Positions 35,763 through 49,388 are shown, counted from the first letter of the whole stretch. The stretch: DNA of 63,685 nucleotides, filler included, from Hyphochytrium catenoides (GCA_900088475.1; 7 parts of 7 records of this genome joined end to end with filler, not necessarily neighbours in it), one strand, 5' to 3'. Notes: generated by a model from the sequence alone, not told the origin. Made by a program: numbers and translations.

Positions 35763-38700
35763 ATGGCGTCGCAGGAAGAAGGTCGTGCTGCACTAGGACG
35801 TAAAGGTACCACGACAATACCCTTCAAGGTAAAAGCAGTATCTAAAGAAGCTGCAGGAAGCAAAGCAGGACACTTGTTGGAGGTAAGGATGTACTTTCCG
35901 GCGTCTTAAATTGCTTAAAGTGAGCTAAACTTTGAGCCGCTAGGTGGACACAAGGACCTTCTGGTCTACTGGCACTAATGCTAAGGAGTTCCTCATCATT
36001 GAGCTGGAGGAGAGTTGCCTTGTGGAGCATATCCGGTACCGTGAACCAACCCTTCCTTTGTAACCTGCAGGAGACCCACCTCAGCGGACACTTATCAGTT
36101 TCTGCTGAAGGATCTGCAACAAGTCGGTTCTGGAGTGGGAGTTACTCACTGCACTCAAAAATCGACCAGAATGTTACGTGCGCCAGAAAGCCAAGTGCGA
36201 AGCCCCGCGGAAGGAAGTTATTTACCCTTTGAACTTTGCCCCTTGCCGTTATATCAAGATAAACTGCCCAAGAGGCAGCCCCATAGCCATCTATTTCATT
36301 GAGGTGAGAGCTAACGGACAAGGCAAGAAGCCGGATGGCCGTGTGTGTCGTTCTAATCGTAGGGCCGCTGCTGGTGGTTACAGGTGTCCGGGGTGGTAGT
36401 GCCAAATTTGGTAACTGAGCTGGCACCTGTTATTGCCTACTTATCTCCACACATTATTGTTGGCTTGGGCCAACCAGGAGGTCAGTATATGTCTTACAAG
36501 GCATGTAGTTATTGCGAATGAATAGGAGCGCGGTGGACACAGACAAGGTGACCCGGATAAAGGGGCATCATGGAAGAGTGAGGGAGAGAAAGTGCCATCT
36601 TGAGCGCATCTTTGACGCTGTCTTCCTTGGTCTCAGAATCAAGTCTGCTTCTCCTGCAAGAGATTGCTTCCCGCTTATCACCAATCGTTGAGCATTTGGA
36701 GCCAGAGCTTTCCGTGTCCAAAGATGTCGAGAAGTCTATTCAATTTCTGTCCTGCCTCTCCGGTCCCTTGTTTCCACTTATAGCTGCACTCACAACGAGC
36801 AGCTCTTCAGGTCGTTGTCCCTTACAATCGCTGAGCCACCCTTCATAAGGCACTCACCCCCTAATATTGTAGATTCAGATGCGGCAAACTCTGGAATGAC
36901 AGTAACCGTCTCATCCAACTTTGGTCCTGTCAGAAAGAAAGGCGCCGATGACAATCCCTTGTCCCAGCGGTAGGGTCGGAAGAAGAGGCTGAGAGCCTCA
37001 AATCGACAGCAAGAGACATCACTCAGATATTGGGAGGGGGAAACCGGGTGGAAGATGCGGAAAGCTACTAGCACTTGGCCCTAACGTGGATTTATCTGTC
37101 AGGTTTAGAATCGGAGATCTTCTCCCTATCTTGCGCAGAGCGTTTGAACTCGAACCTGGCCTTTTGGCGTTCTGCCGGAGGGTAGCGAGGGCAGTCCATC
37201 ATGTAACAACTCTCTCATCCGCCTCGGAGAGTCTGCTAGTAGAGGTGGAAGAGTTAGCTTCTCTTCCAACCTTCCACACATCAGCAATGCAATTGGATGC
37301 CCACACAGGTGCTGGGCTTGAGGGTCTGTTTTTGCTATTGCAAGCTTTCTCTTCACAACCCTACCTTTGCTACAAGTTAGAAGAAGGAAATCCCAATCTT
37401 CTTGTGGCCCTTCCTGTGATCCGCGGTCTCTTGGAAGAGTTACGGTATGTCTTTGCTGATTCGTGTCGACTCTTATTCTCTGAATCCCTGACCCTGACCC
37501 TATGCTAATAGGATGTTTAAGCCTAAACTTGCAGGGCCTAAAAGCCCAACAAATGCATTAGGGGGGGATGGGGAAAGGATTGATGACTGTGAGAAGAACT
37601 TGTCCCTCCTCTTCCTTCTTGCCCTGCTTGTCCAGCCAGGATATCAGCCAATAGTGAAACTAGCGGCATCGTCCTTGTGCTCCGGAGATGGTTCCATCGA
37701 GTCGGCTACAATCATTCTTCTCAAGCTTGCAGTCCATTCTTCTTTGAAAGAGTGCAAAGGTGACCTTGAGCTAAGGTGGGGCCCTGCCTTAGAAATGACC
37801 AGAAGGCTTCTAGCTCAGTTTCAGGTAGTCTTTCTTCCCTTCCACAGGGCCGTATCCTTCCGTTGCATTTTCTGCTGGGAATCCTAAACAACGCCCAAGG
37901 GTTCAAGGCGCCTCTTCACTTATCTCCGTTTGTTTGGCTTGCTTACTTATCTCTCCTACGTCCATGTCCTCGATACGCGCTCCACAGTAATGCATGACTT
38001 TTGCCACTAAATGCTCTGTGCCAGGGAATCACGCCAGCAAACAATGTTATGTCCCCGGAGTTCTATTCCTCCGTTCTGCTAGTGAAGCTGGCGGTTAGAG
38101 GGGTATTCGAGATAGAGGTCTCCCAGATAATAGAGGCTGCCCCATCCTTGCTTGGGCTCGTCTATCTTTTGTCTCCGATTCTGCACGATCTGCTCATTGT
38201 CTATTCAGGACATATACAACGTGACGGTGAGGCACCTAGGGTGTACCTACTCCTCGTGACACCATCTTCCGCCCGCGCCCGCTGAGTTATCTAACCTTCT
38301 CTGATAAGTTATCGCAATCCGATATTTAAGGAAAGCCTTGGAGATGCTGAGGGAGAAACCTGAGGCCTACAAAGTAGCGGTAAGGGTCATTAGACTGCAT
38401 GGGGCTGTTCATAAGGTCGAGCTGCCAATCTATCTGATGCCTGAAATGTCGTATTTTACTCCTCGAGTAGGAAACCAGAATGTTGAAGGGAGAACTTCGG
38501 CCTTCGTCGTTTCTGATACTTCTAGACGATGATCTTACGCCCCCTGTGAACGTTGACAATCTCCTGCCGCTATGGAAGCGCGGTCAAGGTAAGCCAGCCA
38601 CCACTAAGTTGTACCGTTTCTTGGTAGATCTTGGTTACCCAGCTACCTTATTTTGAAGGTTGGTAGCTTAGAGTGAATTGAAGTGCTTCTGTATTATCCT

Positions 38701-41700
38701 CTTTCCATGCCCTGACTGAAAGGTACCTAATCCCAAAAGCTTTTCGACTCTCTCTATAAGGCCATCTTTCGGGAACGCCTGTGGACTTACAAGCAAAGGG
38801 AAAGTTTAATCAGACTGATGAGGCTAAATCGAGTGTAGAGAACACTTTTCTTGTCTCACAAGAGGCGAAGGCTTTAGAGAGCTGGGCTCCTATCTGGAAC
38901 TCAGTCAAGCTGAAGGCCTACTCGAGCGATTCTCTTGCCAACTGTCTCTTGCGCTCCCCGTGGCAAGACCCCCTTGTGGAAGAGCTAATGGCTCTTGGAC
39001 AGTTCTACCTGGAGGCTGGAAATGATCGAATGAAAGAGGGCCAGGACAGGGATTCCCGAAAGTCTTTCTCTCTGGACTGTGCGATGATTGCTGCGGACTA
39101 CTGCTTTGCCGAGCCATACTGCTCGCGAGAGGTCTTAACGGGGGATGGAGGAGTCCGGACAGTGCTTGACCCCAGTCTTATACGTGGACTAGAAGAAGAG
39201 CGAGACAAAGCCTGTCTTTCTATCTTTCTTCGGGCCGCCAGGTGGCTCACTAATGGCAAGAGCGGAGCGGTTATAAACTCATCGCGCTTCGACTCCCTTC
39301 AACTTGAAGAGGAAGACGAAGATTCCCTAGATCTACTCTCTCGGATCCGGAAGCAGCAGCACATTGTAGTTCCTTTCCTTTGCTCCCAGCTGCAAGACAA
39401 ACGTTCTCGACTCTCTGAAGCAGCCCTAAGGACCCTTAAGGTCGTCATTTCGTCTATGTCGGGACAGGAAGGCACCTCAGGTGGGTTTCTTATTAATTGT
39501 AGTCAGAGACCAGCGGTTATTGGCGATACTACTTGTGCTCTTCTTTTACTAAGGAAAGGATGCAGACTTTGATCGAATTATATGGACACACGTCAACGCG
39601 GCTAACTCCCTGTAAATTTGTTAAGCGATACCTATCTCTGATACCACGGCACTTTCCTTAATATCCCTATTTTAGGAGGAGATCTGACAGACGAGATCCT
39701 TATGACGATTCTCTCCACACTGTCTAAGCTGCACAAAGCTGTAGAATTTGACGTTTCCTCCTTTGGAACTTTGTGTTCCCGGACTACGAGGTTATGGTTG
39801 ATAGTGCAGGAGGTAAACGTAGTTGTTATTCGCTGTTTGACATGTCAATGTCAGGCTATTCCTGGATATCGTCTCCTTCTGTTGGGTTGCCACAACGTTC
39901 CGTTAGCACTTGTTCCCTGTTTACCACTACAAGCTCTGGAATCTGCAAGAAAATGTTCTTATCTCTCGTTTGTAAGCATTTCTTCCCAACTTCCTTGTCT
40001 TTGTTCTTTACCTTATTTCAACCTTTTAATAGCAACTCACAGGTTCTGCTCTGCATGTTTCCCGAGCCGGGAGCTGATATCGATGTCTGGTCTGGTGTCC
40101 ATGGGGGCATCTCTCCATCTGTCTGGCTCTCTCTCCTTCCCTCTTTACTCTCATCCCCATATGACACTGTGCGCTGCCTATCCTGGTTGGGCGCCGCCCG
40201 CGCTGCTAGAAGGGAGCTTTGTACTTCCTCTGCCCCTGACTTTCAGTTGTGGTCCCTTCTCTTGCAAGCATTCTTCGATGAGGCTTTGGTCGGCACAGTA
40301 TTGAACACACCAAATGATGCAACGTTTGCTGGATACTCTCCTGCAAAGCTGGGAGGATTCTCTATGAAAAACATTGCTCCGCACTTACCGCATCTCCAGG
40401 TAAATGAAAAAAGGAGAGAAAGAGAGGGAGAGAGCCTCCCCCACGATCCTTTATGCTCCTTCCCTTCTCTTCCTCCTCCCTAAATTAGTATGATCTCTAG
40501 CGCTGTGTCTCCGTCGCTTTCTAGCTACTTCGATTTGTCGCTTACCAACCGCGGTACGAGATCTAGGTCGGAGTATAGAGACGCTTGTTACGATGCCCTT
40601 ACCTACGTCTTGCTCTACCCGTGGCCTCTAAATCTACCTCCCTCTCACAGGCTCAAGTTTCTTTATGCCTGAGAACAATCTCCGAGGCTATTTCATGCGC
40701 TATCGAGCAATGTCTGCCCTCTGAGGTTCCGAGCGTTCTAGCCTGGTTGCATTCCTTTCTTCTGCTACCTCTCCAGCTTGAGACTCCCGGCGTACGGAAG
40801 CTAAACGGGACTATCAACAGTAGCAGATCCCGAGAAGCAGCAAGTGCTCGATCTCTAGTGCTACATTTGTTTAAAGCACTAATCGTGGCGCACTGTGAGC
40901 TATTAAGGCCCGAGGCGCCTCGGTTGCTTTTGGTTTGTAGACTTCGCGGCTGAACCTTTCTCCCATTCGGAGTCTCTTGCTTGCTGTTCAGCTGGTTTGA
41001 CTTTTTTCTTTTCCACCGATGTTTGACGTCATCTCCATCATGTTGTCTCTCACATCTTCCATATATCGGCCGACTTGTCGATACAAGGCAGAGATGGCTG
41101 CGTTTGTGTCGGAAAGATAGTCACTTCCAACTTCTTTCTGTTTTTTGCTGTACGCTATCTGCTCTAGCGACCTTCATGTCCTATCGCTTACGTGACACTT
41201 GCTATTGGCTCAGGCTCTGACAGATTATGCTCAAAGAGAGTATACCACTCTGGAGTCGTTCAACCGGTTAGTGGCAATTATCGACCCCGTCCTCCAAGGA
41301 GGCGAAGGCAAACAGGAGAGGATAATAGAGGACGGACTCTGCTTGTCGCCCTCGTTCCTTGAGGCATATCAAGCGCTTTGTCTGCCCGCACTTCTCGCAA
41401 AGCTGCGAGAAGCTTCTTTTTTATCTCCCATAACCCTGGCATTAGTGGCACAACTTGTGAAAGTCACGGAACCAAGTGTAGCTGAACACCTCCTGGAGAT
41501 AGTTATCCCACTACTTTGCAAATCTTGGCCCCAAGATGGGGACACCGTTCAGCTGGAGGGGCCGCTTCCTCGTCTTACAGCAGTGAAGCTCCTTCTTGAT
41601 GCTGCGCTACAACAAACACTGAAGAGATCAATCCGGGCTCATGTGTCTTCCATAATCCAGGGTTTGGAGACGGTTGCTGCGTCCTCCTCTTCTTCCTCTA

Positions 41701-44358
41701 TGTCGGTATGCCGAGAAATCATTCTCTCTCTCCTGAGTGCGCTAGCAACGGAAAAGGAAAGGCCGCGACTGGTGTCTGCACAGCTAGCTCTTAATTTACA
41801 AGCGAGCAAACATTGGTACACTGCGAATCTGGTGATGGAACATGCTCTAACACCCGCATCATCTTCACACTGTATTTATCCCTCTACTGCACCCCTCCTG
41901 GAGGCGGAGAGAGAGGTGCACACTTTTGTTGCCACCCAAGTTAGGAGAGGTCCTTCCCTTGCCCTCCGAACAAAGGCCTTAATCTATTTGGAGAGAATAT
42001 TAACAGCCTGCAGGACAGCCGAAGACATTGAACGAACTCCAGCGGTAGACCTCGCCCGTGATTTGCTATTACACTGTGAGCCGGAGCTGCGAAATGCAAC
42101 TCTCTATGTGATGTTGCGGGTCATGGAAGGTGCGGAAGGAGCTGAAGAAGGTACTACTACCTCCTTCCCCCGCTTCTCTCATTTCTAGGTAGCCCTGTAA
42201 TCTTGCCCCCACGTACTTGCTTTGAAAAAACCCTTTCTTGACTGAGATATGTCGCCTCGTAGTCTACCGGGTAGGTCTGTCCAAGGGCTTATGTGACGCT
42301 GTTTGATTGGTGTTACGCCTGATCAGGTTCTCAACACGATGATTCGGAAAGGTCTCCATTGTCTCTTCCGCTTCTCAGCGAACGATGGTGCTCGACAGTT
42401 CTTTCCTGTGCTGTCTCCGATGCCTCCAGCACCAATCGCGCGATTGCGGTTCGGCTTCTTCGCGTTCTATCTCTTTCTCTGCCTAGCTTGGCAGCTTCAA
42501 CCCTTCTTGGCGAGCTGGAGGAGATATTGGTCCGCGAAAGGGTTACCTCATCTCCGCCGGGGATAGTTTCTCTATTTGAAGAACTGGGAATTCAGAATGA
42601 TCAGGTAGGAAACTCCTTAAAGCCATGGCGTGCAGCAGCACATCACCTTAACTTAAGCTTTAGAGATCAATTGAGAGGCTGAATCCCAAGAAAGGGAGGG
42701 ACGATGGGAAAGTGGTATATTTTAGACAAAAGAGCATCGAAAGGTCACCCCATGACTTAGCAGGACGAGTAGAGGGGCGATGAGAGCTGCAAAGAATTTG
42801 GGAAAGATATCATTGATAGTGAGTAGGATTGGGAAGCGGATGATGATGCACACCGGCCCTATTGCGCGGTCAGTCTCACCCTGTTCGTTCATTAGGTCGC
42901 GGTAAGAGTAGAGCTTCCAACTCTTCAGAGCCGTTTTGGATTCTTTGCAGTGCTTGCCACCCTCCTGGCTTTTCACCCAGATTTGGTCCAAAAGTTGAAG
43001 CAGACCACTTGGACCGTCATCCGAAAATATTCCTCTCCAGAACTGCCGAAGACCTTGTCCTCCTATTCTGTTCCTGGTCAGGAACTGAAGCAACAAGGGG
43101 AGAACGGGGAAGCTGGTCTCACCGGCCGCATGCAAGAACTCTGTGTAGCCCTTCTTCGATTTCGAGAAGGAAAGGAGGAAGGCCTAGAACTCCACGAGCG
43201 ATTGAGAAGGATAATCCCTTTTGGCTCATCTCCATCCACTACTCCTATCCCACTACGCCAGACGTTGATGAATGTTGCCGCATCCGTATTAGAGGAAGAG
43301 AAAGAGTTTCAGCATCTCCTCGGAAAGGTAGGCGAAGACTCCTACCTTGTTTTTACTGTCAGTTTGTTTCTGTTTCTCGTCCCCTTTATCTCTCTCTCCC
43401 TCTCCATTCTCTATTATCTTCTGGTTCCATCGAGCTCGACATTCCTATAACTCAATTCATTCGCCAAATCCCTCACTCGAGTGGTTTGCGGCTTCGTTGT
43501 AGTCCGCATCTGCCATGGAGGAGCTCGAGGAAGCTGGAGAAGAGCTTGAGGAAGCAAAGAGGGAACAAGCAAGTGACCCAGAGGAATCCAGTCTAGAACT
43601 CTTTCCAAAGTGGCAACTCCACCTTGATCTTCCCAAAGAGACATCGGAGAGGATCCGGTAAGACGAAGGAGAACTGCATTCCTCAAACAATGATCTGAGC
43701 GATACCTGGAGCTTTGTCCTTAGCTTACGTCTAACTCGGGCTGAGGTTACCCTTGTCTAATTACTTCATATTGGGCTCCGTCCCAATCTAAGCTACATAT
43801 ACTGGGAACTTCCTTCGGGTTCCCTCTGGTTGCGCTTCCTTGTACGTCCCTTCAACTCTAATCGGGGTTTACTCTCACCATCGTACTCTAGCTCGCTTCA
43901 ACAAAAGCTGGAGACCTCCCGAAGCCTTCTAGCTGAATATGAGAATACGATTAGCGAGAAAAGGCTTAAGCAGCGGAGAGTAGAAAGGCGGCAGAAACGG
44001 CTGCTAGAGGCTATCCTAGCCCAGGAGCGTAGGGCTGAGATGTACAGGCAGAAGATTGATGAACAGGTGAATGTGGAAGTGAGCCTAACGCTCGTCCAAG
44101 ACGGACAGATAATTCAACACTCAAGAGTTACGAAGCCGTTGGCACTAGAACCCAAAAGGGAGAAGAGAGAAAGAAAAAAATGGAAGCCAGCAAGGGAGCA
44201 TGACAGGCGTGATTGGATTAAAAAGAGAATCTAACCCTGACCCTATTCTAATAGAATCTCCTCCTCGAGCTCGAGAGAGAAAGAAACCAAGGGAAACTGG
44301 CGGAGCTGGAACATCAACGAGCGCTGGAAGAAGCGAGGGCTAGGACAAGAGAGCTTAG
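35763..44358 (+). CDS. Very large uncharacterised protein with N-terminal galactose-binding-like domain, ARM-type helical body and C-terminal coiled coil, resembling a conserved land-plant family; 3'-truncated
   Basis: The spliced N-terminus IPFKVKAVSKEAAGSKAGHLLE-VDTRTFWSTGTNAKEFLIIELEESCLVEHIR-ICNKSVLEWE...KCEAPRKEVIYPLNFAPCRYIKINCPRGSPIAIYFIE parallels my recollection of plant proteins (HWSTATNTKEWILLELDEPCLLSHIRIYNKSVLEWE...RCEAPRRDMIYPMNYTPCRYVRISCLRGNPIAIFFIQ). Further matches are FLSCLSGPLFP, TVSSNF and the final exon LLLELERERNQ...ALEEARARTRELR, which ends at a GT donor at the contig edge. Many internal exon borders are unresolved. Confidence 0.78.
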
Positions 44359-44364
44359 GTAAGA

Positions 44365-44464
44365 NNNNNNNNNNNNNNNNNNNNNNNNNNNNNNNNNNNN
44401 NNNNNNNNTTAATTAATTAANNNNNNNNNNNNNNNNNNNNNNNNNNNNNNNNNNNNNNNNNNNN
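44365..44464. other. Artificial contig-joining linker
   Basis: 44 N + TTAATTAATTAA + 44 N. Confidence 0.97.
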
Positions 44465-45786
44465 AGGACAGAGGCTCTAAAGGATATCTTCGAAAGGAGA
44501 AAGAAGAAAAAGAACCAGCAGGACATCTATGAGACAATCCTGATCTCTTCAATTCTCCAAAGCATCCCTCCGTCCTTTGGCTCTATAGTGAGCCACCTGT
44601 ACGTCCTAGGGACTTCCTCTCTTCCTTCAAATGAGGTCATCAACCGTATTATGGCTGATGAACAGAGAAGAGTGCCTAGCTCTGTGCACTTCCCGGATAC
44701 TCTACCTTCTTCAGAGATAAATGCTCTCTCTACTCCAGGGGAAAGGAGAAGGGAAGATCCCCCAGATCAGCGAAGACAGGAGAAACCTGCGCGTGGTAGC
44801 AGGCAGTGCGGCATCTGCCGGAAAAAGGGACATAACAGCGCAGACTGCTTCGAGCTTCCAGAGAATGCTGCGCGCAGGCCATCAAGGCTGGAAGCCTCGC
44901 TTCCACTTGGACAAGCTGCCGGCGCCACAACTGTCAACAGTAGGCCATGAGCAACTTATTAGTGCCTTGTTAGCTGCTCTCCTATCCTCCTCCTCTTCTT
45001 CTCCAGGAGGAGGTCAAACTAATGAATCGGGATTAGCCAATCAGTATACAAAGTCTTCCGTCGACTCCGGTGAATCCCTTACCCTAGCTTCTATCCAGCA
45101 GGCCGCAGCGAAGGCGAAAGCCGTTCAGAGTAGCCACAAATGGCTGCTAGACAGCGGATGCTCCAGTCACATTACTGGAGATCGATCACTCTTTCTCTCT
45201 TTCACTTCTATTGACCCTCTTCCTCTCTTTACCGCTGACAACCGGCCAGTCTTTGCCGTGGGAAAGGGAAGCATACCTTATCCCTGCTGCCAATAGAGCT
45301 ACCGCCCCTCTCTATCTGCCGAATGTGCTTTATGCACCAGGCTTTCCAAAGCATCTTCTCTCTATTGGACAATACATCCAAGACTCCTCTGGTGAAGCAG
45401 TGTGGTTTACCTCGAATGGAGCTTACACTCTCAGTCCTTCAGTGGTCAAGGACGTTGCAAAGTTAACCTCACAAGAACAAGTGAGACCTATTGGTTTGAC
45501 AAATGGAACCGTCTATTACTCCTCGGACAATGACGATGCACGGGGACAAAGTGACCCTTCTATTCCAAGACTAGCCGCAGCTACGAGCAAGCAAGAGCCT
45601 ATCACCCTGTGGCACAAACGCCTTAATCATCTTGACCACACAGATATTCGAAGACTAGCCTTCCGGCATAGCCCTTGATAGAGCTTCTCAGCAGCTCTGT
45701 CTTTGTGAGACCTGCATTCTTGCGAAGCTAACTCGTAAGCGTTACCATGCTCAGCCCCGTAAGACAACAAGACTGCTGGAACTTCT
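44465..45786 (+). mobile_element. Ty1/Copia LTR retrotransposon internal fragment (gag-protease-pre-integrase), frameshifted
   Basis: Zinc knuckle CGICRKKGHNSADC; protease WLLDSGCSSHITGD; LPNVLYAPGFPKHLLSIGQ; GAG-pre-integrase LWHKRLNH; then CETCILAK...TTRLLEL. The motifs lie in successive different frames. Confidence 0.92.
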
Positions 45787-45886
45787 NNNNNNNNNNNNNN
45801 NNNNNNNNNNNNNNNNNNNNNNNNNNNNNNTTAATTAATTAANNNNNNNNNNNNNNNNNNNNNNNNNNNNNNNNNNNNNNNNNNNN
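45787..45886. other. Artificial contig-joining linker
   Basis: 44 N + TTAATTAATTAA + 44 N. Confidence 0.97.
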
Positions 45887-46313
45887 TCTCTCTCTCTCTC
45901 TCTCTACGTGTCTTTATGTCTCTCACAACCAAATGTATAGCTTTACTCTCCACGTCTCTGTCCTCAGGCGTAGCCGTCCGGATTAACTTCTCTTTCTGTC
46001 ATCCTCTCTCTCCTAAACTTAACGCTTCCTCCTCTCAGTCTTTGCTCGGTTCATACCCCTTCTTTTCTCACTATTCCAGCGGCTTTTTCTCTCCCTCTTT
46101 CTCTTCGTCTCTCATCAACGCCTTCTCTTCCTCCTAACCTAGACATCTTTTCTATTGCGAAGAGCTACCTGGGCATCTATCTTTTAACTTCTTTCTCTCT
46201 CTGTCTTCTTTTCTCCTCTCTGTCTCTCTCATCGCTCTCTGGTGCTTTCTCCATCTCTCCCTCCCTATCTATNNNNNNNNNNNNNNNNNNNNNNNNNNNN
46301 NNNNNNNNNNNNN

Positions 46314-47121
46314 TTTGACTCTGCTGGCATCTTTCTCTCCTCCGCCTTATTGCTTGGAGTCGACCAGGATAACACTGGAAGCCTCGAGGCTCTTCCTTGG
46401 CAGTCCACACCGGTATGTTCATCTTACCCGTCCCTCTCTCTCTCAGTCTATCTCTCTCTCTCTCTCTCTCTCTCTTTCGGTCCGTGGGAGGCTTCTTTTT
46501 CTTCTCTCTCTCTCTCTCTATATATATATGCACCCACTCTAAATCTTGGTTGCCCTTCGTTTCCTCTGTCTCCGCCGGTGCTGTAACTTGATTTTCAGTC
46601 AATACTCTGTCTCTTCCTTTCTCTGGCTCTTCCTTTCCCTGGCCCTTCCTTTCTCTCGCTCGTCCTTCCTCTGTCTCTGCCTTTCTCTCACTCTTCCTTT
46701 CTCTCTCTCTCTTCCTTTCTCTCTCTTTTTCTTTCTCTCTCTCTATATATTTATATACCTTTTCTCTCTCTGTCTTTGATCTTTCCGCTCGAACTGTTAT
46801 CTAGTGTGTGGCTCAGTTGGCCCTGACTCTTTTCCTCTTTTCTCTAGAACGAAAGTCGTGTGAGCCAAGTGGCCTCTCCCTCTCAGGTTCAGGGCATGCT
46901 AGACGATATTATGGAGTCTCTCCCAGGTGAGTAGGAGTAGAGAGAGAGAGAGAGAGAGAAAAGGACTTCCATGTCCTTTCTTCCTCTGACTTGGTCGTCT
47001 CTCTTTCCCCAGCTGTCGTTCTCTTTGATTCTCTAGTCTCATCCTTTCAGGTGGTCTAAAGCTTTTCTCCTCTCTTTTGTCTCCCTCTTTCTCATTTTGG
47101 ATCCTCCCTCTTTCTCTCTCT

Positions 47122-47155
<34 letters not shown>

Positions 47156-47320
47156 ACAGATTACGAGGAGGCAATCCAACAAGCAATCCTACAATCTATG
47201 GCTGAGACCGCCCCGAACGATTCATCTTCTTCTCTTTCTTCTCTTCCTGCTGCCCCGTCTTCCTCTTCTCCAGCAGGAGAGACTCAGACTCCGTCTCTCC
47301 CTCCTGCACCTCCATCCTGA
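46314..47320 (+). CDS. 3' end of an unidentified gene with a C-terminal ubiquitin-interacting motif (UIM)
   Basis: Exons about 46314-46412, 46848-46926 and 47160-47320 join in phase. The last exon begins DYEEAIQQAILQSMAE (UIM pattern), followed by a Ser/Pro tail and TGA. Confidence 0.55.
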
Positions 47321-47497
47321 AAGTCAATTCTCCGTCTTTCTCCTATAGAACAAGAAGAGGAGAGAGTTGATTTCTCTCTCTGTTACCAGCGCTAGAAAGA
47401 GATACTTCGGTTTTGCCCTTTACCACTTTCTGTTTCCTTGTAGCCCAATGGATAATAGAAGTGGTCTGTAAGCACAGACTCTCTGTCTCTCTCTCTG

Positions 47498-47533
<36 letters not shown>

Positions 47534-47898
47534 CCGCGCGCCTTATCTCTCTCTCTCTCGCTCGCTTTTCCATTTCTCCTTCTTGCTAGCCCTTTTATCT
47601 CCTGCTTTGTAAATAAAATCTTTTCTAGGTACAGTTTGATGCTTCTCTCTTCTGACGGTAGGAATGGTTATTTTGAGGATAAGGGGGAAATAAAACTCTC
47701 TCTCTCTCTCTGTCTCTCTCTCTTTCTCTCTCTGACATCTGTGTCTTCCCCTCATTATCCCCCACACGTATCTATTACAATGGTTTTAACCGCTTTCTGG
47801 TCGCCTTCTTCTCTCTCTTCTCAAACTCTTGCTCATATCTATAACTTAGTCTCTTTCCGACTTTCTTTTCTCTCTTTCTCTCTTCTCAATCCTTTCTT

Positions 47899-48926
47899 TC
47901 ATCTCCTGCCTAAGGGTGTTCTCACTCCACCGAAGCCTCCCTCTCCTTTCTTACTCTTTCCTCCCTTTTCCCTCTTCTCTCCTCCTCCTGCTGGAAGTCC
48001 CTCATTCTTCTGTTGAGAGAGACGATGCGGTTCAATCTTCTTTTTCTCTTTCTCTCTCAGAATGTCTCGAAAGAGAAGAAGAAACTCTGAGAGTTCTAGG
48101 AGTCCGTTGGAGTCTCTGTCATACTCTCTGAACATCATGTACAGCTCGTCCTCCGTCAGACCGATACCTCGACCCATCGTGCGGGAATCGGAAAGAGTCT
48201 AAGAGAGAGAGAAAAAGAGAGAGAGAGAGAGAGAGAAAAAGAGAGAGAATAAAAATGAGAGAGAGGAAAAAAAAGAGAGAGAGGGGTCAAGACGTGTGAC
48301 AGAGTGGGCTTGATCAGGGCCAATGATGGGATAAGAGGGAGAAGCAAGAGAAAGGAGACGTAAAGGGGAGGAAGAGAGAGAAGATACACTAGAAAAATGA
48401 AAGAGAGAAAGGAAAAGCGAGAGAGACAAGCGCTAGTTAGTAGAGAGAAGAGGACCTACCTGGAGAATCTCAGGGATGGAGACGCTTCCGCTGTTATCCT
48501 TGTCAAACAACACAAAGACCTCCTTCAACTCCTAGAAGTTAGAGAGAGAGAGAGAGAGAGAGAGAATCGGGGACAGGAGAGAGAATCAGAGACGATGGGC
48601 GGAGAAACAAAAGTCCGCGGGAGGCAGCAGGAAAGTTGGAGAAGCTTTGGGGATAGCCAGAAGGCTTAGCTGAGGAATGCCCAACAAAAAGAGGAGCTAG
48701 GAAAGAGAAAGAGGGAGAGAGAGAGAGAGAGAGAAAGAAAGAGAGAGCGCACCGCTATTTCCCCTTCTGTAAGTTCTTTTCCCTTCTGCTCATCCCCTTG
48801 ATTGGCAGCATGTCTGGACCCGAGACTGTTGCTGACTTTCGAGAGCTTCGAAAGCTTCATCATCTCCAGAATTTCAGCCTTACGAAAGAAGAGAGAGTGA
48901 GAGAAAAGACACAGCGAGATAGAGAT

Positions 48927-48963
<37 letters not shown>

Positions 48964-49199
48964 TCTTGGAAATGAAGAGGAAAGAGGAACTATGTATGAG
49001 CGGTGAAGAGGGGGAAAGAGAGATGGTGGGTACGGCTTGCGATGAGGAAGGAATGAGAAAGGGAGGACGTGGCAACCTTAGTAGCGAGAGGAAACGCGAT
49101 GCCCAGGAGCTCCTTGAGAGAGACGTCGCCGCTCCCATCCCGATCCAGAGAGCGAAACACAGCCAAAAGGTCGCCAGAGTTTGAGACACCCGACAGTAG
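47899..49199 (-). CDS. EF-hand calcium-binding protein (at least 3 EF-hands); 5'-truncated
   Basis: Four exons with loops DRDGSGDVSLKE, DKDNSGSVSIPE and DRDSNGLLELSE; stop at 47899. Confidence 0.88.
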
Positions 49200-49256
49200 C
49201 TGCAGTGTAGTTAAAGAGAGAGAGAGAGAGAGTATAAGAGAGAGAGAGAGAGAGAG

Positions 49257-49356
49257 NNNNNNNNNNNNNNNNNNNNNNNNNNNNNNNNNNNNNNNNNNNN
49301 TTAATTAATTAANNNNNNNNNNNNNNNNNNNNNNNNNNNNNNNNNNNNNNNNNNNN
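49257..49356. other. Artificial contig-joining linker
   Basis: 44 N + TTAATTAATTAA + 44 N. Confidence 0.97.

Positions 49357-49388
<32 letters not shown>

Noticed and set aside
13691-49356. Six identical TTAATTAATTAA palindromes flanked by Ns as a biological repeat
   Set aside because: The exact 44N-12-44N format with stops in all frames marks a synthetic concatenation linker.
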